Assembly: GCF_000181795.1 (NCBI RefSeq)
Contig: NW_003526944.1
Location: 5,155,260 to 5,175,259, forward strand
Direction of reading: 5' to 3'
DNA length: 20,000 nucleotides
From: Trichinella spiralis
Taxonomy: Eukaryota
The notes below the pieces were generated by a model that saw only the letters and a list, made by a program, of their open reading frames with translations, was not told the origin of the DNA and made no database searches. Numbering within the stretch: the first letter of the stretch is position 1; every line of letters starts with the position of its first letter. Positions 1 to 8,640 of this stretch are shown here, in pieces. A program made the translations under genes and the position numbers.

Positions 1-879
1 GTTAGCTGAAGCAAATACTTTTTCCAATTGATTAGATTCCATCATTTGCTAAAATAAGAAGAAACAAAAATTATGAATAATATTATTTAGAAATAAACAC
101 CGTCAACATACCTTCACTACATCCAAACCACCAATTAAATTACCGTTAACATAAAGTTGAGGATAAGTGTGCCAGTTGCTGTAAATTTTGAGACCTTCAC
201 GAACATCGTTGTCGTCCAATATATTGTAAGTTGCGTAATCGACGCTGATAAAAAGAACATTTAAATGAAATATAAAATTATAAAAATGAAACTTACTTGG
301 ACTGATTCAAAACCTCCAGCATCTCTTTGCTGAAACCACATCGGGGTTGAGTTTTAGTGCCTTTCATAAACAACATCACGGGAAAAGCGTTTATCAAATC
401 ATAAATTCTTTTGTTCAAGCCACCGTCATATGGCTCAAATGTTGAGCAAAATTTTGAATGAGACATTCTACCGATACCGGTCAAATCACCATCAAACAGC
501 TTTCCATTAATATAAATTAAAGGCAGCTTGTCTGTACCACTGTACAAAGCCAAATCTAAATAACAATAACAACAACAACAATATTATTATTATTATTATT
601 AGCTATTAATTTTTCAAACTAAACAGAAAAATATGCTCTTTTTACTTTTTGCAAAGTTTTCTTCCATATTAACATCACATACGCTATAATTAACGCAAAA
701 TTTGTCCAATAAGTGCAACATTTCTCCAGTACATCCTGCAATAAATGAATGAAATTATTCATCAAATGTTCCAAACAACACATACGATCTTTCGGCTGTT
801 CTTTCGACCCCTTCATAAATACAACACATCTGTGTCCCATGATCCATTTTTCAATTTTTTTCTTAAAATTTGAAAACAT
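1..879 (-). CDS. GLRX3: Multi-domain monothiol glutaredoxin (GLRX3/PICOT-like), 3' end outside window. Exons 879-786, 735-646, 555-297, 244-112, 48-<1
   Basis: Phase-consistent GT-AG introns of 50, 90, 52 and 63 nt. The spliced product has two Grx repeats. Repeat 2 is canonical: [20 protein letters not shown]...[39 protein letters not shown]. Repeat 1 is degenerate: [17 protein letters not shown]...[14 protein letters not shown]. An in-frame TGA near 925 lies upstream of ATG 879. Orthology to GLRX3 is inferred from the tandem Grx domains. Confidence 0.85.
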
Positions 880-3289
880 TTCACTATTACAGCTTACATG
901 CAGTGCAAAAGTAATACCGATGATTCACCATCCATAATAACAACACTTCTTATTAAACAATGAGACTGATCCTACAGAAATTCCTAAAAAACAAAAGAAA
1001 AAAAACATGTCATTATTTCACTTGTGGATTATTAATCTGTGTTTTCATAAGAGCATCATGCATTAAAAACCTATTTGCCTATTTGCCCTTCTCATTGGTT
1101 GTGACCTGCGTGGGATGACAAAGTGCAACAGCCATTCAAATCATCAAGCTACTTTATTTGGTAAGCTGCCAACTGATAGCGAGGTCAACTATCTGGAAAG
1201 CAATCTACACTGCTTTATCATTAGGGAAAAAGCCACGAACAATTCAAATTCAGTAAAATATATAAAAAAAATTTCCAATAAGCAGAATTTGGGATCAGGG
1301 AAATAATAACAATTAAAAATTGGTAGAAAAAAGTACAACATGTTTGTTGTTGTTCATTTGACTCTAGTCTTTGCCTTATTTTCTCACTATATGCAAACTT
1401 ATCTGTGTGCTGTACTAGAAACCTTTAATAAACAATCCCCATTACAATGACGACTGATATAAACAATTATTAGATATAATGATTAATGAACATTTCTCAA
1501 TTAATAAATAACATTTAAAATTATCATTTCTTTAATATGTCAAAAATTCTCAAAATTAAAAGCAAAAATACATTGCCTGAAGAAAAACATTCAAACATGA
1601 TTATCATATTTATAACATAAAGTAAAGCATAATACAAATGCTATTCTTTCATGAAATATCTTTACCTGCTACATGCACAAATGTGTAACATATAAATTAA
1701 AAACTCATAAATGTAAATATTCATACAACTTTTTATGTTATTAAAACAGAAAAAGTTATGCTTGTCCAGACTAAATTATGAAAATATTACATTGATAGTT
1801 CAATATTTTTTGTTTCAGATTCACTTGCAATTAATAAATTAAATTAAAAAATACCTTTAAAACGTGAAATAAATCAAAACCGATGTAAAATAAATCTGAA
1901 CGCATTCATGCATTCTTGTATAACGGAAAAGAATAAAGTATTTTCATTTTAAAAACTTACACTTCTCATTGAAAGAAGGAAGTTTGATGTTTAAAAAATT
2001 GTAATAAACAGGCATGTGCGCAGTACACTAATGTAAAAAACAAATTCATTGAAACTTAAAGCTGTTCCTATATTATAACTGACAAAGATTATATCAAAGA
2101 AAAGCCTCACAAAGATAAAATCTTCGTAATACGAAGGTCAAAATGTCAATGATGGAAACAATGTGCTTACCTAGACTTAAAATAAATAATAAAAATAAAA
2201 TTATACGAAAGAATAATTAAATAAAAAATAAATCTTAAAACAATAAAGGCTATTTTTATACATAAAAAATAAAAATAACTCATTGATTAAGTGAAATAAA
2301 ACTAAAATAAAAATAACTTTATTGATAAAATAATTAAACAAGTTAACAAGCTTACACGCGTAATACACTAGCTCCAAGTTTAGTAAATGATAAAAGTTGG
2401 TGATGTTTGAATAAATGAAGATAATCTAAAATACGATCATTTGTATAATATTATTACCCTTCCAAGTAATATAACGAGCTCAATGAATAAACAAGTTTCA
2501 ACCCACAGGTAAACGAGGCAAATGAACAAGTTTACTTAGTACAGTATAACATAAAAAAGGTGCCATTTCAAAGAAACAGTATCAGCATTTATCAAAGTTA
2601 AATTAAACTTGCTCGATCTGTTGATTTATTATTAAGATAATAACAATCGCAACAATCAGAATGTATTCTGAACAAAAAAAATAACCAAAATGCTTTACAG
2701 TATCCTCTAAAATAGTGTAATTGAAAATTAGTATTTATTTATGTATATTACGAAAGCAAAACTTTCCATTTTATTTTATAAAAGTAAATCTTAATCTTTT
2801 GCCAACTTAATACAGTTTTTCAACAATATTTTTATGATCAGATAACTTTAACTAAAAGGAAGTAACAAACACAAATTACAAAAGTGAAAACTTTTTCTTA
2901 TTAAACGCTGCATGAGCAATTTAAAAAATCTTACTGATCTTGCTGATCTCGTTCAAGCTGGCAATTAATAGCTATTTTAAAACTAGTATATTTTCCATAA
3001 AATATTTTACCGTAATCCAGGTGTAATGCTTTTCTGAAATTGTTGACCTAATAAAAATAAATTTTACTTCATAATTGACTTTAAAATGTAATATTCGAAT
3101 TTTATTTGATAAACAGCTTTACATTTTTGTATTTTTGTTATAATTCGTTCAAATATAATTTGTACGCATTTTAAAATTGAATGTTTGATCTTGAAAATCG
3201 TTTCATACTTTTTGTTATGAGTTCAAATGCTTAATGCTTAGTTTCGTGTTTGTCAGCACTTTTGAACTGATTTTTAGTGAAACTATAAA

Positions 3290-4088
3290 ATGGCTGAACG
3301 AATGGAAGATTTAAATATACCATTATCGGCTATTAACCGAATTCTGAATTTATCGGTGCGGCTTGTTTTATATTTTGCTTATAATTTTTAAAATTTAAAT
3401 TTTTTTTATTTTAAACATTAATTAAAAAATTTTTTTTAATATATTATGAAATGCAATTTATTATTATTAATAAACAGTAAACTTGAATGTTGTTTTTGTA
3501 ATAAGTAATACTTAAATGAATATGGAAATTTTGATTTATAATTTTTAGTCTGTTGCTGGGAACCCATTTAATAAAGAATCTCGCACAGCAATATCACGTG
3601 CAACGTCAATTTTTATGCTGTATCTTACTTCTATGTGAGTTATTTCAACGTGGGTTAAAAATGCGGTAGTTATTTAACGTTATTTTTTATTCTAGCGCCC
3701 ATGGACATGCTGTTCAACAGAAGCGAAAAACAATTAACGTAGCGGACGTTCTTCAGGCTGCTAAAGACGCTGAATTGGATGCTCAAGGTCTTCAGAATAT
3801 TGCAGAAAGTAATTTTTAAATGGTTAATTGGATTTGATTGCGGTTTTATGGCGCTAGTTTTCAGAGCTTTTAGTCCATTGAAGTTTAAACGATAGTTCAT
3901 TAGTTGACAATTTTAGTTGAATTATAAGACGATTCACTTGCGTTAATTAAATTTTTGCAGTGATTAATAAAAAATATTTAGTGATGAACAACAGAAAACA
4001 TCGGACCGATGGTCCCCCGATTAACGGTGGTTCATCGATGGCGGAATCTATGGGTTCATCTGAATTGACGAAGAATGTAGAAGAATGA
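3290..4088 (+). CDS. POLE3: Histone-fold protein, DNA polymerase epsilon subunit 3 / CHRAC17-like, 130 aa. Exons 3290-3355, 3549-3634, 3696-3808, 3961-4088
   Basis: Not in the ORF track. Spliced translation MAERMEDLNIPLSAINRILNLSSVAGNPFNKESRTAISRATSIFMLYLTSIAHGHAVQQKRKTINVADVLQAAKDAELD... matches the POLE3 pattern MAERxEDLNLP...KEARxAISRAASVFVLY...KRKTLNAxDVL. All introns are GT-AG, phases are consistent, and the stop is TGA 4086-4088. Confidence 0.9.
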
Positions 4089-4676
4089 AAATGCCGTTTT
4101 TATTTCTGTGTAGAAATTTATTACTTCATTACTAAACTGATACCATAGATAAGAAAAATAAAAAGAAATTGAAATTTGTTTATCAGACAAGATTATTTAT
4201 GTAAATAAATCAGTGTTGAGAATAAAATATCGAATCTTTCATCAGTGAAAAAGTTCCTGTGGGGTTATTGGAATTCGGATTTGATCGACCATCGCTGAGC
4301 GTAGCCGGCTGTCTGAAATGAACCATTGCCTGCCACCAGCGGCAGTGCACTGCGCCGCGGCATAATGAAAAGCTTGAAAACGATGTAATTAAGCTAGTGG
4401 AGAAAAAGTATCGATTTTATGCGGTGCAAAGTTGAAATTTCTCTCATGCTCATAACCGAAACGACGAAGTGTTGTTGTATTTAAGCATATGGATATATGG
4501 AATGGCTGGATATTTAGAAAACATTCGATCTTCGCTTAGATCAGTCAGCATGTTGGCGCCTTTTTCAAGAAACGATCAATATGGACAGGCGACCAAAAAT
4601 GTTGTCATTATTATAACCGAATCGTGCTGACAAGCGCTTGCTGACCGTTATGCTCTGCTCGAACATTTTCTTCAAC

Positions 4677-4743
4677 ATGCGATTATTGTCTTGCATCAAC
4701 TTATTCACATATTTCTTCTTTTTATTCATTGCTGCTGTTCAAG
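4677..4743 (+). CDS. Candidate signal-peptide first exon (MRLLSCINLFTYFFFLFIAAVQ; alternative in-frame ATG at 4650), probably belonging to the 5618-6601 gene
   Basis: Basic N-terminus, hydrophobic core and small residues, followed directly by a strong donor CAAG|GTAAAA at 4744. The phase-1 join to the main exon could not be resolved by eye. Confidence 0.5.
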
Positions 4744-5372
4744 GTAAAAAAATAAGAAAAAAATCAATTATTTGAAAATATTAATTTTGTTTATAATTTC
4801 CATTGTTCCGATGTATATTTATTTATGTGAAGAAACAGTACTTATATATTCAGTGATAATAATAATTGCAAAATTTGTTGTAATTAATAAAAAAAAACAG
4901 TGCATACATAAGATTGACTGAAAAAACTTAAATATAGAAATGTAAAGCTTATCGAGTGAGAAGTTGATAGCACTGAAGCGTTTTGAAATCTCTCAACAGC
5001 AACACTCGAGAAAGTGATCATTTTTGATTGCAAAGTTCATTAGTGAATACACTTTAGATCAATTAAACGTTTGACTAATTAATTTTCCTTTAACCAATTC
5101 ATCGTATTTATACAAGGAATAAAAATTAGCTGATCCACAGAATCAAATTGTACTTAATTTACAGCATTGACCTTGATAATCATAAAATTCGCTTGTATAC
5201 CATCTGTTCCTGAAATTCAACTACCAATTCTTTATATAATTGATCGAAAAGCGTTGAACACAATGGAAACATTATTCAAACAAATGATTAGCACATTTAT
5301 TTTTACTTTTCAATCAACAATATGCAATTTCTTTTATTTAAATTTTCAATCGATCGTTTATAAATTAGTGAA

Positions 5373-5393
5373 TTGTTGTTGTTGTTGTTGTTG
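5373..5393. repeat. Microsatellite (TTG)7
   Basis: Read directly; it produces the poly-Cys of the 5167-5409 ORF. Confidence 0.9.
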
Positions 5394-5617
5394 CTATTTG
5401 AAAAGATAGATATTTTCACCTTTCCTCTTTCGATAATGATTTTTTTCTTTCAAAATTTTGATAATATTATTTTTCATTGAAAAAAACACTGGATAAGATG
5501 AAAAGCATTTGTTGATGATTAATTGAATCAATTTCCCAGTGGCGTATAGGCTGAGTTTTATGCTCTAGAGAAATGCCGTTTAAAGAAATATTTTGAAAGA
5601 TAAAAAAGAGTGTTGAA

Positions 5618-6601
5618 ATGGATAGAATTCGATTTGAATGTAATTTTGAAAATGATACAACTGCAGGATTCGGTATTGCCGAAAGGCTTGTGAACATCAC
5701 CGTCGAAAGATGCCCGGATGCTGCAGGTTCAGAGAATCGTCCAAGACCATGCATCACCGCTTTTACGAGACCATCGGTGAGGCCGGATTCGATTGCGGAA
5801 TTCAGCTGGGTGCGACACAGCCTGGAACCGTCTTCAATTTGTACTGTACAATTTGCCGGCCAGCAAGGAATCTACAAACTCAGCCCCGACGTGGGTCCAC
5901 ATCCTCAGTGTTCTTCGGTTCTTTCCACATTCAGACACCGGCTGGCGTCGGTGATGGGCCAGACCAACGTGCCGGCAATCCGCTTCCAACCTTTCCACCA
6001 AAACCAATGCCCAATAAGAGAACTACCGTTGGATTATAATCAATATTTAGCTTGCACAAGCGTCCAAACTGACCAGTGGTATTTGTTCCGTTTCGCTACC
6101 GAAGCCACGCCACCAAGTGAACAGTGGTTCTTGGAATTTGTGACGCTGAATCCTCGACTGAGCGTCACCGCCAACAACAGTGTCAACTTTCTGACCACAT
6201 ACCGTTCGAACCAATGCCAATTGGACGTACTGTTACCGCTCAGGCAGGCGGATTTACCATTTTCACTGGATATAACGTTGAAAATTACACTGTTCACAAA
6301 TGAGAATAAATCTGAAACGGTAGCAATTCAAAACAAACAACTCAACGCCGACCAACCTTGGATATTCGACAGTCTGAATTTGAATGAAACTGTTCATACT
6401 GTACGTGTGTGTTACAATTATTTCGCGGTGGTTGACAATTTCAGTTATAATAGAACAGTTGTGCCGATGAATTTCTATTTCAGCGACTGTATTAACAAAT
6501 CACTTCCACTTTGCATTCGATCCAATTCTAGCACAGTTTTGCTCAGCATTATACTTTTCTTGTTCAGCACATTCGTCAATATTTCCATCGTCAACATGTG
6601 A
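5618..6601 (+). CDS. Uncharacterised cysteine-containing glycoprotein with C-terminal hydrophobic tail (putative GPI-anchored or membrane surface protein), large single exon
   Basis: 327-codon open frame with clearly higher GC than its flanks, 11 Cys and about 10 N-x-S/T sequons. It ends in RSNSS followed by the hydrophobic TVLLSIILFLFSTFVNISIVNM. Probable acceptor ttttgaaag at 5599. No family recognised. Confidence 0.75.
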   Translation: MDRIRFECNFENDTTAGFGIAERLVNITVERCPDAAGSENRPRPCITAFTRPSVRPDSIAEFSWVRHSLEPSSICTVQFAGQQGIYKLSPDVGPHPQCSSVLSTFRHRLASVMGQTNVPAIRFQPFHQNQCPIRELPLDYNQYLACTSVQTDQWYLFRFATEATPPSEQWFLEFVTLNPRLSVTANNSVNFLTTYRSNQCQLDVLLPLRQADLPFSLDITLKITLFTNENKSETVAIQNKQLNADQPWIFDSLNLNETVHTVRVCYNYFAVVDNFSYNRTVVPMNFYFSDCINKSLPLCIRSNSSTVLLSIILFLFSTFVNISIVNM

Positions 6602-6696
6602 ATTATTTATAAACGTTACGGCAAATTTACTGTCGACTATTATTATATAAATAGATAAAAATTTATTGTCGTTTATTTTTCCTTTTCTTATTTTTA

Positions 6697-8009
6697 CTAT
6701 TTCCCATTGATGCTGATCAATTTATTTCGTGGCATGTTGGAAAAGATGAAAAATCCTGCCGATCGTTCTACACTTTCCAACGGTGCGTAAAATTTGTTCA
6801 ACGGTATACTGTCATCTATGCTTTGATTCGGCATTACATAACATTCAATAAAATATCTACTTTCCGGATTCTCGACCAGAATCACTTTAAAAAAATGAGT
6901 CGGAACAGCTACATGCTGTTTACCGATCACTTCGTAAGTGACTCTCATTTTACCGTCTAAATCTCGTCTAAATGTAATTTTTGCTACATTCATTCAATAA
7001 TAATAATAATAATAATAATAATGAAACTGCAAATGACGCTCACTTTGGAAGATAAAGTGGACCTGTACAAATGTATACGTTTTTGTTTTTTCTTGCCATA
7101 CGTCGAACATGCTTTTCCAATTCATTCCACTTGTCACGATTGAAACCTTTGCCGACCTTTATGAAAATTTTACTTTATTAAATTTGAAAAAGAAAAAGTA
7201 TAAATTTCCCACCTGTGGTGCCATATTGCTAAGCAAAAATGTTTGATCTATAGCATTTTGCGTCCGACGGTGATTGCCTGCCGCAGCCATATGACCCCTG
7301 TCATAACCGCTTCTCTAGAACAGAAAAGCAAAAATATTATACAATGCATGTTTTATATAAATTGAAATTCATTTAACAGAATTTAAACTGCCTTGTAATC
7401 TTCATTTGTTGATCGAAAATATGAATGAATTGACTCATCTTCACGAAACATGCATTTACTTCGATCAACTGAAGGATCGTACGTCATCCGATCAGGAGTC
7501 AGGTGCTCCAAAACCCAATGAACGGTACTAAATAACACAAAATAATATTGTTTAAATTAAATAATTACACAACTTTTAAAAAATACTTTTCAAAATTACC
7601 GTGTCTTTCGATCATAGGAGACGACAAAATCTTCAAAAGTACGCAAATTGTCAAAACCTGGAAATCCAAAACGCATTATTTCCGACACTCGTGAAGGAAT
7701 GTCCACTTTTTCCGCCACTGAATCAGGCTTTGCGGGCGCTTGAACTAGCGGTACAACATCTGGCAAGCGAGTATCAATCTGTAAACAAAATTTCATTTTA
7801 AAATAAAATTTACAAAAAATTTTAATATAATATAACCAGTAAAAAACAAATCCACTGACCGCAGAGGCAGCACTGGCAACTAGATATGGAAAAACCGTTG
7901 TATTTTTGTTTTCTTGCTTATTTCCAAGCCAAAAACCAAAACAGCCTGCAATCGTTGCACAACTAGCTCCGCTGGCAATACATGCTCGATTTAACGAAAA
8001 AAAATTCAT
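6697..8009 (-). CDS. ENDOG: Mitochondrial endonuclease G (CPS-6 orthologue), about 316 aa. Exons 8009-7860, 7778-7600, 7527-7392, 7314-7213, 7156-7044, 6967-6697
   Basis: Spliced product contains IMRFGFPG, SYDRKTRTVHWVLEHL, the catalytic SGYDRGHMAAAGNH, TFLLSNMAPQVGKGFNRDKWNELE, YICTGPLYLP and VAVPTHFFKVIL, all hallmarks of the EndoG/Nuc1 non-specific nuclease family. Exon phases are consistent. Confidence 0.95.
6996..7022. repeat. Microsatellite (AAT)9 in EndoG intron
   Basis: Read directly. Confidence 0.9.
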
Positions 8010-8387
8010 AATAATGATTACTTCTTCCCTTCAACTACTTTTTCTATAGTATTATTATATTTCAAACAGTACTGTACGCTATACTGTATAAAACAATTTT
8101 CAGGTTTAAATTTATAATGACTGTGAAAAGCAAAAATTAGATTTAAATTGCAATTAAATACAATTTTAAAAAGTTATTTCATTCTGAAAAAAGCATTGCT
8201 TTATGAAAGTTTGATTAATATAAAAAAATAGAAATTTAAAAATGAACAACTCAATTAAAGCGAAAAGTATGTTTAGAAGGAATGGCTAATTTTTTTATTA
8301 TTATACATGTGCCAAAGCAATTAAGCATTGATAAAGTGAAGTTGATTCTTGCTCTATGAATAGAATTTCATAGAGAAAGTTCAAGAA

Positions 8388-8459
8388 GGGTTAGTGGTCT
8401 AGTGGTATGATTCTCGCTTCGGGTGCGAGAGGTCCGGGGTTCGATTCCCCGCTAACCCC
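8388..8459 (+). tRNA. tRNA-Pro (anticodon CGG at 8420-8422)
   Basis: 72-nt cloverleaf with acceptor stem GGGTTAG/CTAACCC, D arm TGGTCTAGTGGTATGATT, anticodon stem CTCGC/GCGAG around loop TTCGGGT, T arm CGGGG-TTCGATT-CCCCG and discriminator C. A T run (Pol III terminator) follows at about 8467-8471. Confidence 0.97.
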
Positions 8460-8640
8460 CATTTCGTTTTTCTTCACTTTTCTTGCATAAAACTAATTTA
8501 TATTTAAAAAATACATTGCGGTCATTATTTTGTACTAATTTGAATGAATGAAATGGTAAAATGAAAAAATAATTTTAATAAAAATTTCATTTGAGCAATA
8601 ACGAACCAATTGATATAAATGAAATATTTTATGCTTTTTT

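Noticed and set aside
2057..2071. 15-bp inverted match to 9980-9994 (USP exon)
   Set aside because: Isolated, 8 kb apart and not extendable; plausible by chance in AT-rich DNA.
3670..3900. 76-aa minus-strand ORF
   Set aside because: Antisense shadow of POLE3 exon 3.
5167..5409. 80-aa ORF ending in poly-Cys
   Set aside because: The Cys run derives from the (TTG)7 microsatellite and the ORF is AT-rich. Only its 5' part might be a linking exon, which I cannot support.
5540..5617. Two in-frame TGA codons upstream of the 327-aa ORF (selenocysteine or readthrough idea)
   Set aside because: No SECIS-like element seen downstream; better explained as intron sequence.
5467..6297. ORFs 5467-5757(-), 5710-6039(+), 6040-6297(-)
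   Set aside because: Shadow frames of the 327-aa exon with no independent coding signal.
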